A DNA stretch of 63,960 bases, filler included, from Octopus bimaculoides (lineage: Eukaryota), in the NCBI RefSeq assembly GCF_001194135.2. It is 6 parts of 5 records of this genome, joined end to end, with 100 filler letters (N's around TTAATTAATTAA, not from the genome) between each part and the next. Parts side by side here need not be neighbours in the genome. Positions count along the whole stretch, not along the records: positions 1 to 29,771 come from NC_069006.1; positions 29,872 to 37,463 come from NC_069002.1; positions 37,564 to 47,291 come from NC_069006.1; 3 more parts are not named here. The stretch is one strand, 5' to 3'. Shown here piece by piece: positions 25,519-38,120 of this stretch. The position numbers and the translations under genes are program-made. The first letter of the stretch is position 1. Each line of letters opens with the position of its first letter. The notes beneath the pieces are model-generated. The model had not been told where the DNA came from, ran no database searches, and saw only the letters and a list, made by a program, of their open reading frames with translations.

Positions 25519-26661
25519 GTTCTCTATCCATCATGCCATGTTCTCAACCTAACCCTGTGGACCCACGTTTTTCTCTCAAACAATTCCTTCTCCACCAGCT
25601 CAGACGACATTGTCGGTACAAACGCAAGCGATCATTTCCTCGATGAGCAGCATAAAGTCGATCACAACAACTTGGGCAAGACGCGCTCCTACGACGACTT
25701 GGTCGGTGTGGAGCACCCAGCCTATTTCAGCAGAAGGTTGAGCGACCCGAACATTGCTGTCGACAATCATGAGCAGGCAATGTTCCCGGCCAAAGAATGC
25801 AGCAACAGCGTGTACAGTCTAATAAACGTGAACAGCAATCATTTATTGGAAGAAACCAGTGCGAGCCCTCCCCAGGAACTGTTCAACGGTAACCACTGTG
25901 CTTCGACGCCCGACAGCGAACCAGCAGATAACATTGAAGAAGGGAACACAGAAATGGAGTATCAGATAAAATTCGGAGAAGAACTTCTCAACGGTGACAT
26001 CTTGACAAACCTTACAAACAGTGAGGTAAACGGCAATTCCTCGCTCCCTTCTTTTATTACATCTGTCAGCAGTAAATCACATAGGACTTTGAACAAATCT
26101 TCCCAGGTCTCCGTCAATGAAACATTTAGCAATTCAATAGCTCCCATTGTAGATGAACCTCTTAATAAATTAACCAATTTCAGAAATACCTGTACTGCTA
26201 AAACGTCATCGTCATCGTCGTCGAGCACAGCTAACTTGCCGGCCAATGTTTACATGAACGGCAACATCGAGCACCAAAATTCTAGTAGTAGTAGCAATAG
26301 CAGCAGCAGCAGCAGCAGTAGTAGCAGTAGTAGTGAAGAAGACGACTATAGTGCAAAATGTAACGCGGAAAGGACTTTACAAATTTACTCCAGTATTAGT
26401 ACAAGCACCAGTGATATTAGCGACTCCCGGATAGACGCCAATGGTGGCGACTCTTCTTCTTCTTCGGCAGTGCCACCGGCAGTCTCCCCGGCCGAGACTG
26501 AATATCGGTCTATCCCCCGCTCATCTCTAAAGTTCAACTATTTGTTTGAAAGTAAAATGAATATCTCCAAGACAAAATCTTGTCCCAGCACACCAAATAT
26601 ACCCATGGCACAGTGTCTGAAAAGAGCACTCACCCCAGTGACACCTGCTGCTGAAAGTAAG
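25519..26661 (+). CDS. MTMR3: MTMR3/4 large exon: end of phosphatase domain (VLYPSCHV..L.LW) plus ~350-aa Ser-rich disordered linker
   Basis: tttacag|GTT acceptor. 1143 nt open (381 codons), in frame with track ORF 25672. AAG|gtaagg donor. Contains KTRSYDDL and RRLSDPN. Confidence 0.92.
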
Positions 26662-26717
26662 GTAAGGGACACCCTACATATTTAACTACAAGCTCTTAAT
26701 TTATTTATTATTATTAT

Positions 26718-27315
26718 TAAGGTGGGTGAGTTGGCAGAATCGTTAGCACGCCGGGCGAAATGCTTAGCGGTATTTCGTCTGCCGCTGCGTTCCAAGTTCA
26801 AATTCCACCGAGGTCGACTTTGCCTTTCATCCTTTTGAAGTTGATGAAATAAGTACCAGTTACACACTAGGGTTGATGTAANNNNNNNNNNNNNNNNNNN
26901 NNNNNNNNNNNNNNNNNNNNNNNNNNNNNNNNNNNNNNNNNNNNNNNNNNNNNNNNNNNNNNNNNNNNNNNNNNNNNNNNNNNNNNNNNNNNNNNNNNNN
27001 NNNNNNNNNNNNNNNNNNNNNNNNNNNNNNNNNNNNNNNNNNNNNNNNNNNNNNNNNNNNNNNNNNNNNNNNNNNNNCCCCCCCCCTCCAAAAAAAAATT
27101 CCAAGTCCTTGTGCCTGGAGTAGAAATGGTAATTATTATTAAGGCGGCATGCCAGGCAAAATGCTTAACGATATTTCATCTGCCACTGCATTCTGAGTTC
27201 AAATTCTGCTGAGGTCAACTTTGCCTTTCATCCTTTCAGGGTTGATAAATTAAGTGCCAGTGAAACACTGGTCCTCTCTCCCAGAATTTCAGGCTTGTGC
27301 CTTTAGTAGAAAGGT
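26718..27315 (+). mobile_element. Two tandem SINE family C copies in (ATT)n (first interrupted by gap)
   Basis: ATTATTAAGG...GAGTTGGCAGAATCGTTAGCACGCCGGGCG head at 26718; second head at ~27140. Confidence 0.8.
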
Positions 27316-28597
27316 TTATGGTTGCTGGTGCCACATGAGAAGCACCCATGCACATGGATGCTTTTGATGTGTCACATGAAAAGCACGTCGTGCTTGCTGA
27401 TGCCACATATAAAGAGCCAGTACCACATGTGTGGCATCCATGCCAGTGCCACGTATAAAGCACCCAGTACACTCTGTAAAGTGACTGGCATTGGGAAGGG
27501 CATCCAGCTGTAAAAGCCAGGCCAGATGGATAACGGACATTAAATGATGTGTGTGTGTGTGAATGTATGCATGTATACACACACATGTAGTAAAAAAAAA
27601 AAATCAATAAGAGTACAGTGAAGTTGCCATAGTATTAGAAAATCCAATGTTTTGGCATTTCTGACATTCCTCCTCCTGGGAAAAATAAAATTGGCAGGAA
27701 AATTATTATTGGTGAAATTATTCAGACACACAAGTTTTTACATTCCCTAGGTTTGTGTGTGTACGTACGTACTAAGTAGGACAACTCAAGGAAAAAGAAC
27801 TCAATACATTTGTTGAATGAAACTGTTCTTTGTTATTGGAAAGTTGTGCTTCATGGTAACTATTAGTAATTTTACCGTAAGCAGGAATTTCCAGGCTGTA
27901 TACCCATACATACATTCATGTGTATATGTGTATGTCTTTTGCCAAAGTATTATTATTATTATCAAGAAAAAGAAACTGGTGCTTTTGAACAGGAAAAAAA
28001 AAAATCGATTGTGGTAATTGTTCTGTCCCTTATTCTTGCCATTCTTAAATGCACTGAACCTGTAATTTAGTCTCTGAAACCTGGAACCAATAATAGTATT
28101 ATGGTAATGTTCACAAACTCTGATACGAAACATCTTTCTTTAATTACAAATTTAATATAAAATTTCTTTTCTGTGTATGTATTGCCCGAAACGGTAGTGA
28201 CTTCTGGAACTTAACTGAGGAAAGAAAGCCACGAATGACCCATATTTTTTTTTTTGCCTGTCCTTCTAATTGTTGTTTCTCTTGTCCGTCTCTGTATCAT
28301 CTATCTGTCCGAATGATTTAATGTCCTCTATTGCGTTTTTGTTCCATTTTCATATATATATTTATATATGTATGTATATTTTTTTTTAGTATTCAGTAGA
28401 CGCAACAGTGTGACTCAGGGGCCAAGAGTTTCAGGTTTTGAAACTTACCAAACTGTGGCAATGCTAAATGATTAATTAGTTTTGTCTTTAATTAATTCAT
28501 GCTGTTTTGTGGCTGGAGTCATGCTGCGTACGTTAATTTATTAACCCAAAGGTCTTTTTTCTTTCTTTTTTTTTTTCTTTGTTTCATTTTGTTACAG

Positions 28598-28843
28598 GTC
28601 CAACCATTATTGAAACAGTGTAGCACAGCCCAAAACCAGACCAGCTTTAATGTCACAAGACACCTGGATCCAGACGGTTTGACCACCCACCCTGATACAG
28701 TTCAACAGAGAGTGAACGAGATCCGTTCAGATTATCACCAAACAATTGAAATACAGAAACGGCATCTTGAGCAATTAGCGACATTATATCAAGCGTCGGC
28801 CTTCAACGGCACCGTTCGGCAAATATCCGATAAAGATGAACTC
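28598..28843 (+). CDS. MTMR3: MTMR3/4 coiled-coil exon (VQPLLKQ...RHLDPDGLTTHPDTVQQRVNEIRSDYHQTIEIQKRHLEQL...DKDEL)
   Basis: ttgttacag|GTC acceptor; CTC|gtaaga donor; matches MTMR3 HLD.DG.....DT.QQR...I motif that precedes the FYVE domain. Confidence 0.92.
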
Positions 28844-28959
28844 GTAAGATATTCTGCTTCTTTCTCTTCTTTTTTAAATTTTTTAATTTCAGTTTTATTT
28901 TGTTTGTTAAACTGTTTCAAGTTTTAGAAGTTTGAAATTAATTATTCACAAAATTAAAG

Positions 28960-29345
28960 TCAGCAAGCTGGCAGAATCGTTAGCACACCGGACGAAACGC
29001 TTAGCGGAGTGTCATCTGCCTTTACATTCTGAGTTCAAATTCTGTCACGGTTGACTTTGCCTTTCATCCTTTTGGGGTCGATGAGATAAATACCAGTGAA
29101 ACACTGGGGTCGGTGTAATCGACTTACCCCCTCCCCCATATTTCAGATCTTATGTCTATAGAAGAAAGGATTATTATTATTGTTATTAAGGTAGCGAGCT
29201 GGCAGAATCGTTAGCATTCCGGGTGAAATGCTTAACGTCATTTCGTTCGTCTTTACATTCTGAGTTCAAATTCCACCAAGGTCAATTTTGCTTTTCGTCC
29301 TTTCAGGGTCATTAAAATGAAATACCAGTCGAGTGCTGGGAAAAG
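28960..29345 (+). mobile_element. Two tandem SINE family C copies separated by (ATT)n
   Basis: GCTGGCAGAATCGTTAGCA heads at ~28967 and ~29197. Confidence 0.8.
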
Positions 29346-29771
29346 TTTAGGGTTTGTGTTAAAAAAAAATAATAATTAATCATTGATAAGACAATATTAT
29401 AACTATTATTGCAATTAGCATCGTCGTCGTCGTTGTCATCCTTTAATGTCCATTTTCCATGCTGGCATGGGTTGGATGGTTTGACCAGAGCTGGCAAGCA
29501 GAAGAGCTGCATCAGGTTCTTGTCTTAATTACATATTTTATAATCAATGTGGTGTTGTTAATTACAATAAATAATTTTTTCTTTTTTTTTAATTACAATT
29601 ATAATTTATTGCAATGCTAATTATATCTAGTATTATAATTATTGTGATATTGTTAATTACCCAGAAACATGGTTATTTTAATTCATTTAAAAAGGTCAGT
29701 TGACAGTTTTGTTTCTTCAAAGGTCACGATTTTGTTTTTGTATTTTTCTTTTTCTTCATTTTGGCGCGGTG

Positions 29772-29871
29772 NNNNNNNNNNNNNNNNNNNNNNNNNNNNN
29801 NNNNNNNNNNNNNNNTTAATTAATTAANNNNNNNNNNNNNNNNNNNNNNNNNNNNNNNNNNNNNNNNNNNN
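29772..29871. other. Synthetic scaffold-join linker (44 N + TTAATTAATTAA + 44 N)
   Basis: Exactly 100 bp; the palindromic 12-mer has stops in all six frames; the same layout occurs five times. Confidence 0.95.
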
Positions 29872-31179
29872 TATATATATATATATGACGGGCTTCTTTC
29901 AGTTTCCGTGTGCCTGATCCACTCAGAAAGTCCTAAACGGTCGGAGGTTATAGTAGGAGTCACACTTGTCTAAGGTGCCATGCTGTGGGAGATTGAACCT
30001 GGAACCACGTGGTTGGAAAGCAAACTTCTTAACACACAGTCAGGCCTGCGCCATTTGTTTTCACAGTCTTTTGTTGTTTTTTTTCAAAGACTAAAATTAT
30101 TGCAGACGAAATAACAGAAAGAAACTTAATTCAGACAGAGACCAATAATAAATCAGCCTAAATATTGACTTACGGTAGAAGTAGTAATAATTTCTTAGAT
30201 AAGTTGTTGTTGTTGGCTCTCCGTCGCTTACGACGTCGAGGGTTCCAGTTGATCCGATCGACGGAACAACTTGCTCGTGAAATTAACGTGCAAGTGGCTG
30301 AGCACTCCACAGATACGTCGATAGGGTGTTGACAATTTCATACTTAACTTCCGTACATGCTTAGTAAATATTTTATTGATCTCAAGGGAAATAAAGTGTG
30401 AAAGGTAAAATGAGGGCAGGATTTGAACTGACAAATTTAATTAGAACAGACCCAACACTATGCGATACGGTGGTGTGTATTTGCCAAGAAGTATCAAATC
30501 TGAATGTTCTCTTTCTTACAATTCTGTCGGGCTTTAAGATGGAAAACCCTAAAGAAAAGATGAATATAGACTTCATTACTGTTGTAGTTGGTGATGGTGG
30601 TCTTCAACCCTAGGTCAACTCTTTTAAACCAGATCTATAATCAAAAGCAATCCAACCATAATAACCCCGTCCTTTCCAGGCAACTAGAATATATTCTTTT
30701 CTAGAACAGTCATGTGTAATTTGAAAGGGATATGGTTTTTATTTCTAGTACGCCGACAGACCACATAGAGGCTCCCTCATTGACTTCTATTGTATTCGTT
30801 ATTGCTAATAATTGATTTTTATTAATTAGTTCATTAATTTATTACAAGTCGGAAATAGCTATTCCTTATCCCATATATATCTCGCCTTCTCTAATATTCA
30901 GTACAGTGAAACATTTCTTTCTTCAGTTGTTCTTTCACCTTTTTTTTTTTTTTTTTTCAGCAACAATGAAAGTTCATTTTAGTTTTCTTTCTACTCTACA
31001 ATTATTGTTAATTAAACTTTCTGCCAAATAAATTAAAAACTTTTTTCTGGTCCCAACCAATAATTTAATAATAATAGAATAGTAAAAACGTGGTGAGTTG
31101 ATTAAGGCTACATTGTTAATTAGTAACAGCCCAAAAATATATCATTAATTTCTTTTGATTTGAGATTTTAGCAAAACGC

Positions 31180-31221
<42 letters not shown>

Positions 31222-31584
31222 TATAAATAAATACATTAAAAAATGAAAATTTAGATTCATGCAGCGACCAGATTAAATCTAATCATTAGAAAGTCTCTGC
31301 CTATATAATGGTAACGAAGAAGGAGTAGGTTCTCTGACTTCACGCTCCGTCCAACTCAAAGTTTTGACACATCTTCCATGTGACTTAAGACTGAATAACA
31401 AAGAAATAATACCACTTCTCTTGAATATCTTCTTTTTTTTTTTAATGTTAAAAGCTTGCTTTGTAACCACGTGTATTCGGGTTCAGTCTCTCAATGCAGC
31501 ACCTTCAGAAAGGACTTCTATTATAACTACGGGATGGCCAGTACATTGTGAGTTAGAAACTGTGTGGAAACCCATTGAATGTGT

Positions 31585-31668
<84 letters not shown>

Positions 31669-31811
31669 ATTTTACACAGGCCTTACTTAGGGTCCATGCA
31701 GTGTCATGGGCCAAAAAACTTTCAACTTCTTGCCTAATGCGAGCCCGGAGCAATCTCTTATCTCTTACACTATTTCAGTATTACGTGTCAAAAGTGAAAC
31801 AATAATATATG

Positions 31812-31842
<31 letters not shown>

Positions 31843-31864
31843 GTATGTGTGTATATATATATAC

Positions 31865-31914
<50 letters not shown>

Positions 31915-31944
31915 CTGTATGTATATATATATATGTATATATTT

Positions 31945-33360
31945 CGTCGGCTCCAGCACGTATCCGAGCATTAGGTTCGTCTGTTTCCATCCAGTCTCCT
32001 CGGCTGATGTTTGTGCCGAAAGTGACTTTGGAGTTCAAATCGGTGGTGAAAGAGTCGTGGGCAGAACACACGCGGGACAGTCGGTGCAGTGCGAGGATGT
32101 TGAAGACGCTCCTTTCTCCTCCTGAGTTTTGCCTCCTCATTCTGTTGTCTGTTCTGTTCGAAGGAGCTGGCTCCATTGCGGATAGCAGTCCTGCAGACTG
32201 TCCTATCTATGGCAAGCTGTTCCCATGAGGATGGCTGGATGTTAGCTTGAGCCAAGATCTGTTTGAGCTGGTCTTTAAAACGGAATTTCGGACCTCTTAT
32301 GGGTCTTGTTCCGATTGCAAGTTCTCTGTAGAGCATGATCTTTGGGAGACGAGAGGGCTCCATATGCTGGACGTGACCTGGCCAGCGGAGACGATGGCGA
32401 AGAATAGTGGCTTCGACACTAGGTAGTGAGGCGCAGCGAAGAACCTCGTTGTTGGTAACGTGATCTTTCCATTGCGTGTTGAGGATCTGTCGTAGCTTCA
32501 ATTGCTGGAAGCATTCAAGGCGCTTGAAGTCACTGCGNNNNNNNNNNNNNNNNNNNNNNNNNNNNNNNNNNNNNNNNNNNNNNNNNNNNNNNNNNNNNNN
32601 NNNNNNNNNNNNNNNNNNNNNNNNNNNNNNNNNNNNNNNNNNNNNNNNNNNNNNNNNNNNNNNNNNNNNNNNNNNNNNNNNNNNNNNNNNNNNNNNNNNN
32701 NNNNNNNNNNNNNNNNNNNNNNNNNNNNGGTCAGCGCGTGATTGAAGAGTACACGTTGGCTGAGTCTGCCGAAGGCGGAATGGGCCTCTCCAATCCGGTT
32801 CTCCACGTCCTTTTCACACGTGGGAGTCTTCGAAAGAATACTTCCAAGGTATGTGAAGTGTTTAACTTCTTCTAGGGGGCTGGCCGTTGATGCTAATGTT
32901 TGTGGGTGGACTGTTCTGGCCTGGTGCAGGTTGGATCAGTATCTTGGTCTTTAATGTGTTTACCTGCATCTCGAAGCGTTCGAAAGCAGCGTTGTGAAGA
33001 TCGGCCGTCCTTTGTAGGTCATCTGCGGTCCGGCTCGGAGTGGCATTGTCGTCAGCATACTGCATCTCACGGACTGAGATGGCAGAGGTCCTCGTCTTTG
33101 CACGGTGACATGCGAGTTTGAAGTGTCCGCCATCCAAGCGATAGCGCATGTTGATGGAAGCGAGTCTAGTGAGATTTCGTTGAATATGGCGGGTATGTAC
33201 AAAGAGGAACAGGTTGGTGCGAGGACGCATCCTTGCTTAAGATTCCAGTAATTGGAAACAGGTCTCTGAGGGCATTTTGATGGCATACACTACCCACCAT
33301 GCTGTCGTGGAGGGAGCGAACCAGGGCAATGACGTCCTCCGGACATCCAAACTGAGCACT
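31945..33360 (-). mobile_element. 5'-truncated, frameshifted RTE-clade (BovB-like) LINE: RT core to C-terminus
   Basis: QFGCPEDVIALVRSLHDSM, KQGCVLAP, YRLDG..F, MQYADD, ENRIG.A.SAFGRL, LR.ILN..WKDHVTNNEVL, RLRW.GHV, RLPKIMLY.EL, RFKDQLK and a degenerate C-terminal C2H2, spread over several frames. Confidence 0.9.
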
Positions 33361-36322
33361 TTCTTCCTAATGTCGTTTTCTAAAAGAGGGATATAATTTG
33401 AATCAGGTTTGGCTGCTATTATAGACAGGTTAGTCGATCATGAAATAGCTTCTCCGTTCGCTCGTCAAATATTCACATTGTGAGTTCAATTCTTAAAGGA
33501 ACTGAAATTAGCCGTTTTCCCTTCCTCGGTTGATGAAATAGGAACCAGTTATATATAACGATCGATTAAATCATTTATTCCTCCCCTCCTAATATGTAAC
33601 TTTGTTTATTGATTAGAAATCAATATTAAGAATACTGCTCTATGCCTTTCGATCTCTCGATACAGAAAGAAGAAATGAAATCGTCGTTGAAAGAATTCAA
33701 ACATTTTGATTGGCTCCTCTTGTACACGCCCTCCTTCACATAGAACAGGCTTCATAGAGTTAGAGGGGATGCTATAAACTAAACCCGTGTTGTTTGGTGT
33801 CTAGTACAGGCTTGTGTCTAGGTGGGGTTAGTCCTTTCCTAAGGCTTTCAGTGGCCTACAACAATTTTAGACACTATCTTACCACAATACGCAGGAACCG
33901 TAACAAATGGCTGTTTATTTTCACGCCTCATTTCCTCAGGGCGGCTCTCGTACAACCGCTTCATTGTAGGCACTGTAGAGAGCAGAAAATAAGGGAAGCT
34001 CAGAAAAGGGAGTGGTGAAGTATGTTTGTTAGTGCGCACGCGCGTGTGTGTGAAAGGATGGATGGGGAAAATGACAACAAAATAAATGAACGTTTAAATG
34101 CTGTTCTTCTCTCTTAAGATTTCTCAAATTAGAAGGTTTATGCTTCTCGTATATATTAACACTTCACTCAGCAATTGCATTTTCATGCCAGTAGCGTTTC
34201 CCAGTATCTTTATTTCGTGAACACAATATGGCTGAATGGGTAAAAAGTCTGCTTTACAATGGTGCTGTTCTGATTTCGATCCCACTCAGTGACAACTTCG
34301 ATAAATATCAGATCTTTTCTGCTTCGTTACACCGTGGGGAAATTTTAAAATTTGGTGTGTTGATATAATTTTCCACGCTGAATCTCAGGGGATAATTATC
34401 TTTTTCCAGTAGAATTTTTTTTTTAAAGTTATAGCGGTTTAAAGTTTGATAATTTTTAAGGCCCCAACCCAGCAAACTTTATTAATGAGATTGAGTAAAT
34501 AGAAACCGAGTAAATCTGTCAGATGTACAACTTAATCATACACTGCAATGGATTACTTCGACATTGCAGCCATCCCGTAGTCAGAGCTGTGTGCGATAAA
34601 AGGTGGGGGAACGGAAGCCGTTCGTGGAACCGGGTAACAGAAGATTGGACCCGGCAACAAAGCCACAATTCTCATAGCATTTCCAAGATAGATTCATACT
34701 ATTCAATGCTCAGCAAGTGTTGACAGCTTCCTAACAACACTTAATCGAATCTTTGGAGCGAGCAAAGAATCGGAGACTATAATGAATGTTATCTGTCCCG
34801 ATGGATTGTTGCAAGTCTTAGCGGCCGGGAAACTGAAGGCGCTGCCAAGAGCTGATAATAATAACTGAAATAGGGAGGTAACTGATGTAAATTGCCCCAT
34901 TTGGATGGTTTGCAAGCCTTACTAATACATGCTAGATTTGTTTAGGGATCTCTTGGCAGATACGTGAATGGAAAAGCGGGTGATAACGTGGCTGTGAAAA
35001 GACACTAACAAAGTGGACGTAAGCGACAGCCTTCAGTTGAATGCAGAGTTTAAGATATCAGCGTGGGTTTTAATAAAGAGGTTAGCGATTAACGTAGGTG
35101 GTTTCATTGAGGAAGCACAAGTAAGAACAATCTCGAAAAGATCCACCAACGACCCCACTCTACGTCATATATTATATATCACACAGATGACAGACAAGAA
35201 TGCTGGTTTCATTGTAAATAACCAATTCGAATTAATCGAAAGATTTTGATCGAATCAATTCTGTTATATTACTGGTACATATTTTACCGACCCCAATTGA
35301 ACGATATGCATAAACGTCTCTGCTTTGATTTGAACATGGAATGAATAAAGTGGACGCTGTACTGACATGGCACCAACACAAGAAGACGACAAGCCAACGA
35401 GACAGTCTTTAATGTACTCATTCGATCAGATGAAATAGCAACCAAATTTCCTCAAGTCACAATTTTCCATTTTAAACAACGGAAGGAGCCATTGAGCAAT
35501 ACTGTCTGAAATATACAAAAGAAAACAAAAGAAAACAAAAGAAACTTGTGTTTACGGCTGGAATACATTTGAACATAGGTATTGGACACGGATATTCTTA
35601 ATCAGGGATGGCCTGGAAGTATTCAACAATACTCTTAATTTATGGTTGCTGCTATATTTTACATTTATGCTTGTTTGAAACATAAAGGTATTATTTACTA
35701 AAGAACTCAATGATTAGCTGAAAGTCCAATCTCGAATATATTATAGCGTTGAGAAACAGTTTCAAATTTACCTTATTTCATTCCAGCATCAGCTTCCATT
35801 TGTATGGTTCACGCCTACTCTACTAATTCCATCCCTTGAGAATTCCAACATATTTCCCCAGTTTATAGAGAATCATAAAATCTCCCTCAAAAGGAATCCG
35901 GTAATTTTCTTATAAAGAATTTCTAAATTCCCAAGATTATTTTTAAATCATTCTACACCAGTTAAACATCGACCAATTCGTTTATAAGTCTAGGGGAAAG
36001 GAAATAGATAGGAAACGAACAGATTAACTACCGATTCTAATCTTTTCTAATTGGTAATAGTGGCTGGGTCATGTGATGAGACAGCAAGAAGAAACGAAAG
36101 TCTTCAGCACACTCCCTTCCACCCCACCCCCCACCAAAAACTGTATGGTGTGCGAAACCAGTATAACATATTTTCCTCACCAATTTTCCTCAAATTCTAC
36201 GAAATGGAATCTTTGCCTGATTCTCAAATATATTCTTGATGTAAATTGCTGATAGCAAACTACTTCTTACAAGGCGAAGTCATTATAATGTCACTGAAGC
36301 GAAAGAAACGAATATGGTTCTA

Positions 36323-36442
<120 letters not shown>

Positions 36443-37185
36443 AAGTGGTTACGGTTTAAATACATTCACAAGCGCAGTATACGACCGGGGAAATGTGGAA
36501 AGGATCACCTCAGGGATCTGAGCCCTATATCTGACAAATAGCGCTTGACTACGATGACAATTGCACTAAAGTGACCTACTACACCTTGTTATCGAGTACA
36601 GCAAAGCTAAGCACACCGCCAGAGTCGTTACCGTTGTTTACCTTCATTTGTATTGCCAAGGTCGGTGTTTTTAATTGCCTCCTCAAACTGCAATACGATT
36701 ATGTATATATACATATATATAAGTGGCTAAAAAAATATAACTCGAATAGCCACACAAAGTTACCAACCTCATGAGATGTCCAGGGACTGCGAGTGGTAAG
36801 CCACAACATCTTTCTCCAGCGAGATAAAACTCACAGAATGAAGTAGTTTAATAAAACCCTATCACATGATTTCGAAATTTAACCAATAGGGTTCCGTTTC
36901 TCCTCAGAGGTTTCTACAATTTACTCTGGGTTAAAGAGATAGTTTGCTTCCCATTTGCTCGTGAAAGAAAAAAAACTGTTAAACAGACTGCGCTAAAATT
37001 CAACACTGTCCGAGTACATATAAAAATACAATAAGATACTATAACGATAAATTAATATATCATGATATATTAAATACATATTTATGTATATTACCTTTTC
37101 GGTTTTTTAATAGCTATAGCCACCTATATTCTAATGTATTTAATGCATCAAAATATATTAATTTATCGTTATATCTTATTGTATT

Positions 37186-37252
<67 letters not shown>

Positions 37253-37463
37253 CATCTAAGAATTCATACGTGAGAAAAAATATGCACTTGTATATTTGTC
37301 AATAGATTTGGTATATTAACTACTAACTGCCAACTCTGAAGGGCACAAGGTTACATAATCGGCCTGTTACCTAACATCCCGTTTGAGCTCCTATTGCGAA
37401 ACCAGTTGGTAAGATCGGCCGTAATGGCGATATCATATTGTGCACTTCGATTTATAAGATCGG

Positions 37464-37563
37464 NNNNNNNNNNNNNNNNNNNNNNNNNNNNNNNNNNNNN
37501 NNNNNNNTTAATTAATTAANNNNNNNNNNNNNNNNNNNNNNNNNNNNNNNNNNNNNNNNNNNN
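37464..37563. other. Synthetic scaffold-join linker
   Basis: 44 N + TTAATTAATTAA (37508-37519) + 44 N. Confidence 0.95.
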
Positions 37564-37719
37564 TGAAGGGTGGGGTTGGGGAGGGGTTGGAAATCAAAGT
37601 ACCTTTATCCCAGCTCACCCCATAAAAAAAAAAAACCCTGCAAAATCTGCAAAGGTTATGTTTGTCTTGTTGGAAATAGATTCTGTGAAGTGCATAAACG
37701 CAATTAATGTTGGTTTCAC

Positions 37720-38120
37720 ATTTTGGCACAAGGCCAGCAATTTCAAGGGAAGAGGTAAGTCAATTACATCGACCCCAGTACGCAACTGGTACTTAATTTA
37801 TCGACCATGAAAGGATGAAAAGCAAAGTTGATCCCGGCGGAATTTGAACTCGGAGCGTAACTTTGGAGGAAGTGTTGCTAAGCATTTTGCTCGACGCCAT
37901 CTTGATAATGATAATAATGATAATCCTTTCTACTGTAGGCCCAAGGTCAGCAATTCCGGGAGATCGACCCCAGTGTTTCACTGGTATTTATTTTATCGAT
38001 CTCGAAAGGATGAAAGGCAAAGTCGACCTCGGCGGAATTTGAACTCAGAATATGAAGACAGACGAAGTGCTGCTGAGCATTTTGTTCGACGCACTAACGA
38101 CTCTGCTAGCTCGCCGTCAT
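37720..38120 (-). mobile_element. Two tandem SINE family C copies joined by (AAT)-like spacer
   Basis: GAAAGGATGAAA.GCAAAGT.GA...CGGCGGAATTTGAACTC at ~37808 and ~38004. Confidence 0.8.

Larger units (their letters stand above)
7379..28843 (+). other. MTMR3: Myotubularin-related protein 3/4 gene (PI3P/PI(3,5)P2 3-phosphatase); multi-exon, 3' FYVE exons not seen in the window
   Basis: Manually spliced exons translate to PH-GRAM, myotubularin phosphatase (DARS..A.ANRAKGGG, ANIHSIRKSF, VHCSDGWDRTPQ, GHKFADRCG, CPVFLQWLDCV, FGTFLCN), a disordered linker and a coiled-coil segment, colinear with human MTMR3/MTMR4 as I recall them. All visible introns are GT-AG with matching phases. Confidence 0.95.

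Noticed and set aside
29816-29827. Palindromic TTAATTAATTAA as a homeodomain or regulatory site
   Set aside because: At all five gap-bounded sites it is centred in exactly 44+44 Ns; a synthetic linker.
34523-34915. ORFs on both strands in unique-looking sequence, faintly LINE-like or signal-peptide-like
   Set aside because: No motif could be confirmed and all frames contain stops; left unassigned.
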